In this document: piece after piece, positions 26,523 through 38,120 of the stretch
Numbering within the stretch: position 1 is the first letter of the stretch
Layout of the letters: the number at the start of each line of letters is the position of its first letter
Assembly (NCBI GenBank): GCA_963757625.1
Contig: CAVWSJ010000002.1
Location: 4,954-68,953 of the forward strand
Length of the DNA: 64,000 nucleotides
Source of the DNA: Terriglobia bacterium
GTDB taxonomy: Bacteria; Acidobacteriota; Terriglobia; Acidiferrales; UBA7541
Direction: 5' to 3'
Program-made: the position numbers and the translations under genes
The notes under the pieces: model-generated
Database searches by the model: none
Seen by the model: only the letters and a program-made list of their open reading frames with translations
What the model was told of the DNA's origin: nothing

Positions 26523-27195
26523 GTGGGCCAACTGGGCACGCTGCTGGAGCAAACGGGATGGGTTGCTCGCGTCGTGCTCGCCATGCTGTTGGGTTTTTCG
26601 CTTTTTTCCTGGGCGCTGATTTTTCAGAAGTCGCGCATGTTCTCGCGAATGAATCAGCAAACCGCGCTTTTCCTGCGAATTTTCCGCTCCAATCGGATTC
26701 TTCCCGACCCGAAACAGATGGGTGCAGGCGGTTCTCCGCTCGAACCCGTCTACACCGCCGGATATCGCGAAGTGGAAAGCCAGACTGCGCACCGGAAATC
26801 CGCACGGCAAAATTACCAGCCTGAACGCCGTGACCGTGAGCATGCAGCTGGCCGCCGCCGAAGAAGTCCGCAAAGCCGAAAAATATATGTCCTGGCTGGC
26901 GACCACGGGCTCGGTTACGCCTTTCATCGGCCTGTTCGGCACGGTGTGGGGCGTGATGGATGCATTTACCGGCCTGGGAACCGCCGGGGCGGCGAGTTTG
27001 CGCGCGGTTGCTCCCGGCATTGCCGAAGCCTTGATCACAACGGCGGCGGGGCTATTCACCGCGGTTCCCGCCGTGATCGCCTACAACCACTTTTTGCACG
27101 ACATCAAGGATCTGGGCGCGCGAATGGATGGCTTCACGATGGAAGTCGTCCGCTGGTTGAAAAACTATATCCCGAATTCAGCGGGGGTAATGTGA
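26523..27195 (+). CDS. tolQ: Tol-Pal system protein TolQ (MotA/TolQ/ExbB channel), one frame break
   Basis: The N-terminal TM (VVLAMLLGFSLFSWALIF) is in ORF 26454..27227. The conserved core (WLATTGSVTPFIGLFGTVWGVM, GIAEALITTAAGLFTAVPAVIAYN) is in ORF 26722..27195. The GTG start at 26523 is a guess. Confidence 0.8.
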
Positions 27196-27238
27196 AATGG
27201 ACTTCGCGGATATTCTGCTCGCGATAAAGTAAACGAAT

Positions 27239-27655
27239 ATGCCGCAGCTTTCTCGCCAAACCGGGACTTCCCTTTCGGACATCAATATTGTCCCTTTCGT
27301 GGACGTCATGCTGGTTCTGCTGGTGATTTTCATGATCACCGCGCCGATTCTGCAGTCCGGCATCGAGGTGGACGTCCCGAAAACAAAGACGGTCAAGGAA
27401 ATTTCCGAATCGCGCGTGGTGGTTTCGATCGACCGCGCGCAGCGAATTTACATTGGCGACGATCCGGTCAATATCCACGAACTGGGAGACAAGGTGCACG
27501 CGCAAATGCACAATCCGCAGGGCGAACCTATTTACCTGCGCTGCGATAAGACCGTTCCCTTCGGTTCGTTCGCGCTGGTGGTGGACACGTTGCGGCAATC
27601 CGGCATCCAAAATATCAGCGTCGTCACGGAGCCGCTGGACGAAACTCCGCACTAA
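27239..27655 (+). CDS. tolR: Tol-Pal system protein TolR (ExbD/TolR family)
   Basis: SDINIVPFVDVMLVLLVIFMITAP, with the typical length and operon position. Confidence 0.85.
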   Translation: MPQLSRQTGTSLSDINIVPFVDVMLVLLVIFMITAPILQSGIEVDVPKTKTVKEISESRVVVSIDRAQRIYIGDDPVNIHELGDKVHAQMHNPQGEPIYLRCDKTVPFGSFALVVDTLRQSGIQNISVVTEPLDETPH

Positions 27656-27661
27656 GACCTT

Positions 27662-28462
27662 ATGTCCTATGCCCCCGCCCATCCCGGCGCCGAAAGCCTG
27701 AAGAAGCCCTTGGTGTGGTCGCTCGGGTTCCATGTGATTCTGTTCAGCTCGCTGCTGGTTTCCACATTGCTTTCGCAGCGCGGGGATTCCTGGGGAGGCC
27801 TCGGCGGCGACAACGCAGTGTCGGTCGGGCTGGTCGGCAAGCTTCCGGGAGTCAATCTGCCCCGCCCCGAAGCCGTAACGCACAAGCCGCGTGGTCGATA
27901 CCAGCAAGGGTCTATACAAAGTCCGAACCGCCGCCGAAACCAAAGGAAATCGAGACACGAACGCAAAAAAAATTCCGGAATTCACCAAGGAAAAGGCGCC
28001 CCATTACGTCACACGCCCATCCAAGATACTTGAGGACACGACCCCTCCTCCCCCGAATGCCGTTCCCTACGGTGCAGGGCGGCGCGCCCGCGCTGCCGTA
28101 CTCGCAGTTCACGATGAACGGCGCGACGCAGGGAGGGATGGGATTCACTGGCCCGGGAGGCGGAGATTTCGCCGGGAGATTCCCCGCCTACGTGGATGCC
28201 GTGCGCAACCGCATCAGCAGCAATTGGCTGCAGTCCACGATGGACCCGTCGGTTCGCTGGGCGCCGCGCGACGCAATTTACGTTCCAGATCCTGCGCGAC
28301 GGCACGGTCACGAACGTGCAGCTCACGCAATCCAGCGGCAACCGTTCGGTGGACAACTCGGCTCTGCGCGCCATTTTGAGTTCGAGCCCGGTGTCGGCAC
28401 TTCCGTCGAATTATTCCGGGAGCAGCGTAACCGTCGAGTTTTGGTTTGAGTTTCGCCGGTAG
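27662..28462 (+). CDS. tolA: TolA / TonB-C-terminal-domain protein, frame broken at least 3 times
   Basis: N-terminal TM (LVWSLGFHVILFSSLLV), a Pro/Lys-rich linker, and a C-terminal TonB_C-like stretch (AYVDAVRNRISSNW...FQILRDGTVTNVQLTQSSGNRSVDNSALRAI). The gene is spread over ORFs 27662, 27891, 27715 and 28196. Confidence 0.65.
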
Positions 28463-28510
28463 CATCACGACCCGGTGGTAGAGCTGGCTCGGGTCTGACA
28501 CAGAAGGTGG

Positions 28511-29911
28511 ATGAATGATCGGACAAGATTCGGGCGTCGCAAAGATTCCCTGAGAAAAATCGGTCTGTGGCTTTATCTGTGTCTATCTGTGTTCATCTGT
28601 GGTTTCGTTTCCCTTCTTTCCGCTCCGGCCTGCGTCCGCGCAAGATTGGTTCCGAACCGGCACGGGACTGGGCGTTACGAAACCGCGCGTCGCCGTGGCG
28701 GATTTTGCGCCCAAGTCCCCGACCTCGCAGCCGCTTGGCAGTCGAATTCAGCGATGTCGTGCGCGCCGACCTTGATTACAGCGGCATCCTCGAACTGGTG
28801 AGCAAGAGCTTTAATCCGCTGCAGTCCCCGGCGTTCTCCGGCGGAAGTGGACTTCAAGGCCTGGTCCGACGCGTCCCGCGTCCGCGCAACTTCTGGCCTT
28901 CGGCAACCTCTCCGCAAGCGGCAACAGCCTGGAGATTCAAGCCTGGCTGAACGATGTGCGCAATTCCTCCCTGCCTCCGGTCATCGGAAAAGTTTATCGC
29001 GGCGAAGTCAAGCGACGCGCAGGTCCGCATCTTCGCGCACCAGTTCGCTGACGAGATCATCGGCAAGCTATCCGGCGGTTTGCCGGGCATCGCCAGCACG
29101 CAGATCGCGTTTGTGAGCAATCGAAGCGGCAACAAGGAAATCTGGGCGATGGATTACGACGGCGAAAACCAGCACCAGATTGACGCAGCTCCACACGATC
29201 TCGCTCACGCCGCGCTGGTCGCCCGACGCCTCGCGCATTGCCTTCACCTGTTATGCGCCGCGCAGCGGCAGCGTGCTGACCGCTCAGATTTGCATCCAAT
29301 CGATGCTGACCAACCATCTGATTTCCTGGCCGCGCTTTCAGGGCACAAACTCCTCGCCCGCCTGGTCGCCGGACGGATCGCAAATCATGTTCATGTCCAG
29401 CATGTACGGCAATCCGGAATTGTTCATGACCGATGCCTCGGGCGGCCACCCCAAGCGCCTCACGTATTCCAACGGCGCGAACACTTCTCCGTCCTGGAAT
29501 CCGAAGACCGGCCAGCAGGTCGCGTTTGTCAGCGACCGCGGCGGCATTCCGCAGCTCTACACCATGAACGCGGACGGATCGAGCCAGACGAAAGTGGACT
29601 TGCCCGACATGGGATACGTCATTGATCCGGCGTGGTCCCCCAACGGCCAGTTGCTGGCATTCAGTTGGCGGCGCCCAAACGGAAATTACGATCTCTACGT
29701 GATGGAAATCGTCACGCACCAACTGGTGGAACTGACGCGCGATGCCGGGCGCAACGAACGCCCGAGCTGGGCGCCGGACGGGCGCCATATCGTTTTCGAA
29801 TCCACCCGCACGGGAACGCGGCAAATCTGGTCCATGCTCGCGGACGGAACCGAGGCCCGGCAGCTGACCAAGCAGGGACAGAATGAATCCCCCAACTGGT
29901 CGCCGAAATGA
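28511..29911 (+). CDS. tolB: Tol-Pal system beta-propeller protein TolB, frame broken at least 6 times
   Basis: RVAVADF, AVEFSDVVRADLDYSGILELV, IFAHQFADEIIGKLSG..GIASTQIAFVSNRSGNKEIWAMDYDG, then propeller repeats (SPAWSPDGSQIMF, SPSWNPKTGQQVAFVSDRGG.PQLY, PAWSPNGQLLAF, RPSWAPDGRHIVFES). The exact start is uncertain. Confidence 0.8.
28561..28607. repeat. IRVHPW-type dispersed repeat unit overlapping the 5' end of tolB
   Basis: cggtctgtggctttatctgtgtctatctgtgttcatctgtggtttcg is related to the units at 2273-2412. In the tolB frame it reads GLWLYLCLSVFICGFV. Confidence 0.55.
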
Positions 29912-30033
29912 TTCGAGTTCCGGAGGATTTCGTGATTCACGATCAGCAACGTTTGTTTTGGAAAGGTCTGAGATCGTGTATTTGCACTCACTACACATGC
30001 TCCGGTAAATTCCTAAAGGAGGAAGAAGAAAAG

Positions 30034-30790
30034 ATGCGGACTCGTACGTACGCCAGGGCTCTGTTCAGCACTTTGCTCGTTGTCGTCGCTCTGGGCGCAG
30101 CCTTGCAAAGAAGCCTGCGCTACAAGCGCCACCGCCACCCCCACCCCCTGCAGTGGCGCCGCCTGCACGACCGACGGTGAATCTGCAGGCCTCATCGACC
30201 CTCATCCAGAGAGGTGAGTCGGTGACCCTGACTTGGTCATCGACCAACGCCACCTCGCTCAGCCTCTCGCCAGGGATCGGAAATGGTCACGGCGGAAGGC
30301 ACACAACGCGTGACCCCACCGGATTCCACCACCTACACGATTACCGCCACCGGACCCGGCGGCACGGCGGATGCCAGCGTGCACATTTCCGTCACGCGCT
30401 CCTCCTCCGCCTGCCCCGTGTAAGCTCACGAGCCGACGATGCAGGAGTTGTTCGACAAGGAAGTGAAAGACGCCTATCTTTGATTATGACAAGGCGGATA
30501 TACGCACGGACGCCCGCGATGCCCTCTCGCAGACGGCTCAGTTCTTGCGCTCCTATCCGCAGGTGAAGGTCGTCATCGAAGGACATTGCGACGAGCGCGG
30601 TTCCACGGAGTACAATCTGGCTCTGGGCGACCGGCGCGCGGCGGCAGCCAAGCAATTCCTGGTTTCGCTGGGAATCCCGGCCGACCGGATGGAAACGGTC
30701 AGCTACGGCAAGGAAAAGCCGTTCTGCAGCGCTTCCACCGAAGAGTGCTGGCAGCAGAATCGCCGGGCACACTTTGTAATGGGGAAATAG
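30034..30790 (+). CDS. pal: Peptidoglycan-associated lipoprotein Pal with an extra N-terminal Ig-like domain, frame broken at least 4 times
   Basis: ATG 30034 follows AAAGGAGG. Lipoprotein-like leader MRTRTYARALFSTLLVVVAL. Then VNLQASSTLIQRGESVTLTWSSTNATSLSL...TTYTITATGPGGTADASV, and an OmpA-like C-terminus VVIEGHCDERGSTEYNLALGDRRAAAAKQFLVSLGI..DRMETVSYGKEKP. Confidence 0.8.
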
Positions 30791-30994
30791 CTCGGGAACC
30801 TCGTGGGACTCGCCCAATCAGAGCGGGTCCCGCGAAGCACGAGTTTACGGATGGCGATCCTCACCCTTGACGGACGCGGGCTCTGCTCTTACGCTAAATG
30901 TATGACGGGTGCGAGCCCGCTGTGGCGTGCCCTCGGATGAGTGAAGCGTGACGGCCCAGACGTCGAGGAGCCTGCCCTCAAAAGGAGGAACACC

Positions 30995-31903
30995 TTGCGT
31001 ACCCGATGGATTCTATTTTTCGGTGCTGCCATGCTCGCGGGAGCCCTTGGCGGCGCCCTGCTTGGACCCGCGCCGGCTGGGGCCGTGGCGCGTGAGATCA
31101 TTGAACTGCAAACCGGCGTGAACCAGTTGATTCAGGGCCAGCAGGCCATGCAAACGGCGATCACGCAAAACAACGCCGTGGAGCGGACCTTGATCGAGCA
31201 GTCGCTCGACGCGGTCAATAAGCTCAGCGTCGGCATGGCCGCGGTCCAGAAGAATACGCAGGATTTCTCGGCGGCTTCCGGCGCGCGCCTCGACACGATG
31301 GGCACTCAGGTGCAAGGGCTTTCGGATAACGTTGCGGACCTGCAGGCGCGCCTGGGCAAGCTCGACCAGAAGCTCACCGACATCCAGAACACGTTGCAGA
31401 ATGTGGACTCGAAGCTGGCGGCGCCTGCCCCGGCTGCGGTTCCTCCGCGGCTCCGCGTCCGCTTCAGGACCGGCGCCCGGACCCGGCGGCGCCTCCGATG
31501 GCCGCCGCGCCTCCCGCCTTCGGCCGACGTGCTGTATTCGAACGGGCTGCGGGACATCAACGGCAAACACTATGATCTGGCAACTCAGGAATTTCAGGAT
31601 TACCTCAAATATTACGGCGATACCGATCTGGCTTCGAACGCGCAGTTCTACCTCGGCGAAATCGCCTTCATGCAGAACCAGTTCCAGCAGGCTTTGGACG
31701 CCTACAACAAGGTGATCGAAAACTATCCGAAGAGCTTCAAGACGGCTTCCGCGCGAATGAGGAAGGGCTTCTGCCTGGCGGAACTCGGCCAGAAGGCTGC
31801 CGCCATCCGCGAACTCCGCACGGTCGTCCGCCAGTATCCGGGAACCGACGAAGCAAAGCGCTCCGCCGCAAAATTGCGCGAAATGGGCGCCACGGCCGGC
31901 TAA
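30995..31903 (+). CDS. ybgF: Tol-Pal system protein YbgF/CpoB (coiled-coil plus TPR)
   Basis: TTG 30995 lies 6 nt after AGGAGG. The product has a signal/TM ([16 protein letters not shown]), a coiled-coil, and a TPR region [45 protein letters not shown]. The Arg-rich middle part may hide a compensated frame error. Confidence 0.75.
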   Translation: MRTRWILFFGAAMLAGALGGALLGPAPAGAVAREIIELQTGVNQLIQGQQAMQTAITQNNAVERTLIEQSLDAVNKLSVGMAAVQKNTQDFSAASGARLDTMGTQVQGLSDNVADLQARLGKLDQKLTDIQNTLQNVDSKLAAPAPAAVPPRLRVRFRTGARTRRRLRWPPRLPPSADVLYSNGLRDINGKHYDLATQEFQDYLKYYGDTDLASNAQFYLGEIAFMQNQFQQALDAYNKVIENYPKSFKTASARMRKGFCLAELGQKAAAIRELRTVVRQYPGTDEAKRSAAKLREMGATAG

Positions 31904-32056
31904 GACTTCGGCGCCGATTCCAGTTCTGTCTTTCCCGCGCTGTCATCTGCTGGTGTCCTGCGGCTTCAAGTCCTGCGAGCATTGACTCCGTACAAGTTCG
32001 CATAAACTCTGACGAATCTTCACATCCCGTGATTATCGCTTCGGCCCGTCTCACGT

Positions 32057-32085
32057 TTGCACGGCGCTCGCTGCCGTGTTATCTT
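32057..32085 (+). promoter_or_regulatory. Candidate sigma-70-type promoter of ssb
   Basis: TTGCAC (32057-32062), a 17-nt spacer, then TATCTT (32080-32085), ~20 nt upstream of the AGGGAG SD and ATG 32107. Confidence 0.3.
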
Positions 32086-32106
32086 CGCCCGCTCAGGGAG
32101 AAAAAC

Positions 32107-32561
32107 ATGTCTGTCAACAAAGTGATTCTGGTGGGACGTTTGGGCCGCGATCCGGAGACCCGATACACGGGCGCCGGCCAGGCCGTCTGCAACTTTTCAC
32201 TCGCCACCGATGAAACCTTCAAGGACCGCTACGGCGAGCGCCAGAAGCGCACCGAATGGCACAAGATCGTGGTTTGGGGAAAGCAGGCGGAGATTGCCCA
32301 GCAGTACCTGAAAAAAGGCTCGCAAATTTATCTGGAAGGCCGCATCCAGTCGCGCGAGTGGACCGACAAGGAAGGGCAAAAGCGCACCAGCTACGAAATC
32401 GTCGCCACCAATTTCCGCATGCTGGGCTCGCGCGTCGGATTCGATGGGCGGCGGCCGCACGCAGCAGCGCCCCGGCTGGGCATTTCGACGCCGAGGCTCC
32501 CGCCCCTCCGGCGGACGACCAGGCCGGTCCGGAAGTCACCGACGAAGATATTCCGTTTTAA
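32107..32561 (+). CDS. ssb: Single-stranded DNA-binding protein, one frame break near the C-terminal tail
   Basis: [46 protein letters not shown]. The acidic tip DEDIPF-stop is in ORF 32256..32561. Adding one C to the C4 run at ~32470 would restore the frame. Confidence 0.9.
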
Positions 32562-32617
32562 GTCGGTACCGTGCACGCTTTGAGGGCGCGTGTGCATGCT
32601 CATGCGAGCACAATTCA

Positions 32618-32635
32618 ACAGGCTGAAGCCTGTGT
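32618..32635. repeat. REP-like hairpin unit (GGCTNNAGCC family) between convergent genes
   Basis: acaggctgaagcctgtgt. Confidence 0.6.
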
Positions 32636-32639
32636 CCTG

Positions 32640-33861
32640 TTATTCGTACCGCAGCGCTTCGATCGGGATCGAGCTGCGCGGCCTTTGCGCGCGGGGTAAT
32701 ATCCGAAGAAGATGCCCACGGCAGCGGAGAAAATGACCGCAGCGATGATGGCCTTGCCGGAAATCAGCGTCGGCCAGGAGAGGAAATTGCTGATCAAGCG
32801 CCGAACCAATCAGCCCGAATACGATTCCGATCGCCCCTCCCATCATGCTGAGCGTGACTGCTTCCACCAGGAATTGACGCTGCACGTCGTTTTCGGTCGC
32901 GCCCACGGCCATGCGCACGCCGATTTCGCGGGTCCGCTCGGTCACCGACACCAGCATGATGTTCATGATCCCGATGCCGCCCACCAGCAATGAAACCGAG
33001 GCGATGCCTCCAAGCAGTATCGTCATCGATGGACGCCGTCTGGTTCGCCAGGTCCTCGATGTCCGCTTGCGTGCGGATCAAAAAGTCGTCGTCAGTGCCG
33101 GGCCGGATGCGGTGCCGCTCGCGCAGCAAACTGGTAATGGGAGCGACTGCCGCCAGGGACGCCTCTTGGGAGACCGCGGATGCGTTGATGAACTGCAGCC
33201 AGGTGATGCCTTGGATCTTGCGTTGCACGGTGGTGTACGGCGCGAAGATCACGTCGTCCTGATCCTGCCCCACGACGCTCTGCCCCTTCGATGCGAGCAC
33301 GCCGTCCACGCGGAACGGCAGGTTTCCGATGCGAATGGTTTTCCCGATCGGATCCTCATCCACGAACAGAATTTTCTCGACCGTGGTTCCGATCACGCAG
33401 ACATTCGCGGCGAGATCGACTTCCTCATCGCTAAAGACCGAGCCTGATTGCACGGGCCAAGTCCGGATATCGAAATAGTTTGGCGTTGTGCCCGTGACCA
33501 TCGTGTTCCAGTTTTGATTCCCGTACACGACCTGCTGGCGGTTCGTCAAAGACGGCGCGGCCTGCTTGATGAGAGGAATCTCTCGCAGGATGGCGTTCAT
33601 GTCGTCGATCGTGAGGGTCTTCACTCCGCCGTATCCCTGCCGCACGCCGCCCGCCCGGTTGCTTCCCGCCGCGATGAACACGGCATTGGTTCCCATGGCC
33701 GCAATGCCCTGCTGGACCTTGTAATTTGCGCCCTGGCCGATGCTCACCACGGCGATCACGGCCCCCACGCCGATGATGATGCCCAGCATGGTCAGCGCCG
33801 AGCGCATCTTGTTTCGGGCCAGCGCCCGCAGCGCCAGCCGGAATGTGTTCATGAAATCCAT
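32640..33861 (-). CDS. ABC transporter permease, MacB/FtsX type, frame broken at least 3 times
   Basis: The N-terminus reads [32 protein letters not shown], followed by a periplasmic MacB_PCD-like domain. The FtsX part reads [31 protein letters not shown] ... PIEALRYE-stop. Confidence 0.8.
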
Positions 33862-33875
33862 GATTCTTCTCCAGA

Positions 33876-34776
33876 CTACGAAGCGGTTACTTGGCCGCGT
33901 CGGCTGCCGCCATTTTTTCCTCGACGGGCATTATCTTCCGCGTCTTCGGCGGCCTGCTCCTCCGGTGTGGGAAGCGTTTGCAACACTTCGCGGGCAATGA
34001 AACGATCGCGGACGATGTTGTCCCGGCGCAGTTTGCCGTCGCGGAACTCCAGTGTCCGTTTGGCATATTGAGCGATGTCCGGCTCGTGCGTGACCAGCAC
34101 GATGGTCAGGCCTTGCTCATCATTCAGGTCTTGCAGGATGTCCATGATCTCGACCGAAGTCCGGCTGTCGAGGTTCCCGGTGGGCTCATCGGCAAGCAGG
34201 ATCGAAGGCCGGTTCACCAGCCCCCGCGCAATCGCGACGCGCTGCTGCTGTCCTCCGGAAAGCTGCGAGGGATGATGCCCGGCGCGGTCGGCAAGCCCCA
34301 CGCGCGTCAGAGACTCCATGGCCCGCTTGGTCCGTTCTTCCGGGCTGATTCCCGCATAAACCGTCGGCAACTCGACATTTTCAAGCGCCGAAGTGCGCGA
34401 CAGCAGATTGAATTGCTGGAACACAAATCCCAGCTTCCGGTTCCGTATTCGCGCCAGCTGCGTCTTCGACATCCCCGAAACATCCACGCCATCGAGGTAG
34501 TAGTGCCCTTTTGTCGGGCGGTCCAGACATCCCAGGATATTCATGATCGTGGATTTGCCGGAACCCGATGGCCCCATCACGGCGACAAATTCTCCTTCGT
34601 AGATCTCCAAGCGAAACCCCGCGCAGCGCCTGAACTTGAATTTCACCCAAATCGTAGGTCTTGTAGACGTTTTCAAGCCGGATGACTGGCTTCGCATCGG
34701 TGGATGCCTGGGTTCGTATCCACTGCAGTGTGAAGTTTGTTCGGCCATGTTGATTGTCAGGGAAGTCGATAATCAA
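33876..34776 (-). CDS. ABC transporter ATP-binding protein (MacB/LolD-like), one frame break near the N-terminus
   Basis: [10 protein letters not shown] is in ORF 34381..34776. [16 protein letters not shown] (Walker A), [15 protein letters not shown] and [12 protein letters not shown] are in ORF 33876..34748. The start is uncertain. Confidence 0.85.
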
Positions 34777-34821
34777 CTAGAACCTGCGCATGGCGCCGGG
34801 GCCACCTGGCCCGCCTCCGGT

Positions 34822-36378
34822 CTAGGGGCTGCGGGCCTGATTCTGCGCTGTCGTCGTACCGCTGGTCGACTGGCCAATGACGAGTTCGTCTCCCGGTTTC
34901 AGATTTCCGCTGGTCATCGCCGTAAAGGTGAAGTCGGTCACGCCGAGTCCCACTTGTACCGGCTCGAGAGTCTTGTCCGGAAGCAGCTTCCAGACAATGC
35001 CTGTGTCCTCGCGTTGGCTGTTTGCGCCCGCTCCGCGCCCGCCGTTCTGGCCGCCACCCGTCCGGGCGCCATTGCCAGCTCCCTGGCCGCCCGCCTTGGC
35101 TTCGCTCCCGCCGGGGCCCCGCCGCCGGCATTGCCCGCCGGCGCGGCTGGGCCGCCCCCAGCGGCTCCCTGCGCTCCGCCGGTAGCGCCACCAGCCGCAG
35201 CGCCGGAACCGCTGCCTGCAGCGACCCGCGCAGCGGCGGTCGCCACGGCATTATCGATGATGTTGTACTTCGCATAGAGCGCCTTGCGCTCGCTGTCAGT
35301 CAAATCTGGCTTGAATCGCAGCGCGCCGTTGGGAATCTTCACCACATTGTTGGCCGTCGCGACAGGGATGGAGGCGTACGCGGTCATGCCCGGAAACAGC
35401 CTCAAGTCGGGATTATCGAACGCGATCGTCGTGTTATACGTTACGACGTTCTGAATCGTGGTGGCGTTCATGCGACCTGCGTCGACGTGTCCGTAAAACG
35501 TCTCCCGCGGAAACGTGTCCACGCGGAAACGTAGCCTGCGCGCCGACCCGGATGCGGCCAACGTCCGCCTCGTCGGTGTTCGTATAGACCAGCATATGAG
35601 TCAGGTCCTGCCCGATGCTGAACAGGTTTGGCGCTTGCAGGCTGGCCGCGACCGGCTGGCCGACGTTCACCGTGCGATTGATCACCGTACCATCGATGGG
35701 CGCGCGGATCGTGCAATAACTCAGCTGCAGTTTTGCGGAATTCACGGCGGCCTTCTTCATGAGCACCTGCGCCTTGGCTTGATCCCGCTGGGCGATCGTG
35801 GCGGCCAGTTGCGCCTCGGCCTGCTTCTCCTGCGCTGCGGTCGCGTGCTCAGCCGCGACGCGCTTCGTCATAGTTCGCCTGGGCATCATCCCTCTGCTGG
35901 GCGGAAAGAACGCCCTGGTCCGCCAGAGCCTTCGTGCGTGTCAGCTGTGTTTCCATATCAATGGTTGTCGCATGCGCCTTGGCAATGTTGGCCTTCATGG
36001 TCGCCACGTTGGCGCGGCCGTCTCGATCTGCGCCTCCAGATTTGTCACGTTGGCCACTGCATTTTGATAGTCCGCCTGGGCCTGCGCGAGCGCATTCTGG
36101 AACGGGACGGGATCAATCTGCGCCAGGATGTCGCCTTTCTTCACTTTCGAATTGAAGTCGACATTGATGGCCACGACGTTGCCCGACACCACCGAGCCGA
36201 CCGGGACGGTGTTGACAGGATTGATCGTCCCCGTGGCTTGCACGACTTGGGAAATATCGCCCTGGTCGACTTTTGCAGTGAAATATTGCGCGCTGGACTG
36301 CGCGCGCCAACGGATACATAGCGCAGCCCAGAGGATCAGGGCGACTGGGGGAGCCACCAGCATGGCGCGGTGCATCAT
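34822..36378 (-). CDS. Efflux periplasmic adaptor subunit (HlyD/MacA family), frame broken at least 4 times
   Basis: QATGTINPVNTVPVGSVVSGNVVAINVDFNSKVKKGDILAQID, a coiled-coil hairpin, CTIRAPIDGTVINRTVNVGQPV, and C-terminal WKLLPDKTLEPVQVGLGVTDFTFTAMTSGNLKPGDELV. A Gly/Ala-rich insert precedes the last domain. Confidence 0.75.
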
Positions 36379-36470
36379 CGACCGCTGCCACAATCTTTCA
36401 CTTTTCAACAGAATGTCAATGAATTCTTCCCATGTTGGGCGCACACCTCTGAGTCTAATCGTGCCCTTCA

Positions 36471-36859
36471 TTACTCCTGTTTTCGGCGTTCCGCATCCAT
36501 TCTCAGGAGCAATTCTTCGAACTTTGGTCCCTGCTCCGGCGTCAGGACTTGCCGGATTCGGTCCCGGCCCTCTTGCCGGGTCTTTTCGTATTCGGGATCG
36601 TCGCGCTTGTGAATCTCCGCGTAGCTGCGCGCGGGTGTCGTTCAGGATCGCCTGGATCTGCTTCTGCTGGTCCGGAGTCAGATTCAAATCTCTGGTGAAG
36701 ATCGCCATCGTGTTGGCTGGGGTGCGGCGCAACCTGCGAGTGCGCGGCAAGCACACGTGTGGTCACCACATAGGTCCCCACGGAGCCCAGAGCAATGCCC
36801 AGCACAAAGACCAGAACAACGAGCAAGACTGCCTTGCGACTGCCTTGGCTAGCGTCCAT
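36471..36859 (-). CDS. Periplasmic LTXXQ-motif (Spy/CpxP-like) protein, frame broken at least twice
   Basis: N-terminal TM (KAVLLVVLVFVLGIALG), LNLTPDQQKQIQAIL, and VLTPEQGPKFEELLLRMDAERRKQE-stop (TAA at 36471-36473). Confidence 0.55.
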
Positions 36860-37314
36860 AGTGCCTCTCCGCCAGCGATTGCAGCACTTCTTCGTTACTC
36901 ACCGGGTCCCCCGGCGGTTGCGGAAAATCGCTGGCACTCAGTTCGGTTCTGCTAGGCAGTGGCGGCGCGGTGTACGGCGCGGCGCAAACCCGACAAGATA
37001 CACGGACAGAGCGAGCAGCAGCACGGCTGCCGTCAGCGACAACCGCGACGCCAGGAATTCGAGCGGACTCCAGAACGCCGCCGGCGATTCCGCGCGCATT
37101 TTCTCCTCGCGAATTTTCGCCAGGACGCCCGCCAGAAACGCCTGGCGCGGCTCCGCGGCCGGTTCCCAGGCCTGGCGGATCAGATCTCCCGCCAGCCGCG
37201 AATTCTCCAGAGCCGCGCGGCAATTCGCGCACTGTGCCAGGTGTTCGTCGAGTTCGGGGTCCGAGGCCCCTCAGGTAATCCTCGAGGCGTGCTTCGTATT
37301 TTCGACATCCGCAT
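36849..37314 (-). CDS. Anti-sigma factor (zf-HC2-like), frame broken; fused in the ORF track to the sigma-factor ORF
   Basis: CRKYEARLEDYL ... (shift) LDEHLAQCANCRAALENSRLAGDLIRQAW, then a TM segment LTAAVLLLALSVYLV. It forms the lower part of ORF 36849..38075. Confidence 0.55.
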
Positions 37315-37330
37315 CGGAACTTTCGTTTTG

Positions 37331-38039
37331 TTAAACACCTTTGTCGCTCCTTCCCTGCCTGAGCCCGGGACGCATGAAGCGGCCGCTTCTGCATCCGCTT
37401 CCGATACATCTCCACGAGCCGGCCTCGCGCTCGAAATAACCGCACCTTGACCGTATTGACGTTCAGGCCCAGAACCTCCCCGATTTCCTCAACCGAAAAC
37501 CCCTCGACTTCTTTCATGACCAGCATCAGCTGGTCTTTTTCCTCCAGTTCGCCGAGCAGCCGCTCGATCAATTGGCGCTGCTCGACCCGGCGTCCCGCGT
37601 CCTCGCGGTGCTGGTGGCCGCCAAAACTTTGCTCCGGCACCGACTCCAATTTCCGCACTTGTTCTTCGCTCAAATCCGACTCGTACACCAGCCGCCGCAC
37701 TTTCTTCTTTCTCAGATAATCCCAGCACTCATTGACCGCAATCTTGTAGAGCCAGGTGCCGAATGCGGACCGCAGATCAAAGCGCCGGATCGAAAAATAC
37801 GCCTTCGCAAGCGCCTGCTGCGCCACATCCTCCACATCCCCGCTGCCCCGCAAGATTCCTCCCACGACCGCCAGCACCCGGTGTTGGTGGATTCTTACCA
37901 GTTCCTCATAGGCGCGTAACGTCGCCTGCCTTGGGCGCGCCGCACCAGCAGCTTTTCCTCTTCCGCGGGCGTCAACGGTTCCTTCGCTTTGCCCGCCGGC
38001 GTTCCGCGGGCTAATGTCTGATTTTGTGACGTTTGCCAT
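37331..38039 (-). CDS. ECF-type RNA polymerase sigma-70 family factor (3' end approximate)
   Basis: Region 2: VEDVAQQALAKAYFSIRRFDLRSAFGTWLYKIAVNECWDYLRK. Region 4: LMLVMKEVEGFSVEEIGEVLGLNVNTVKVRLFRARGRL. The start is at MANVTK (38039). Confidence 0.75.
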
Positions 38040-38120
38040 CGATTTCCGGTTACACCGCCTTCCCGATATAGTCAACTTTTTTCGCTTGCAGGCACTATAA
38101 CTCTATGGAACAATGCCGAC

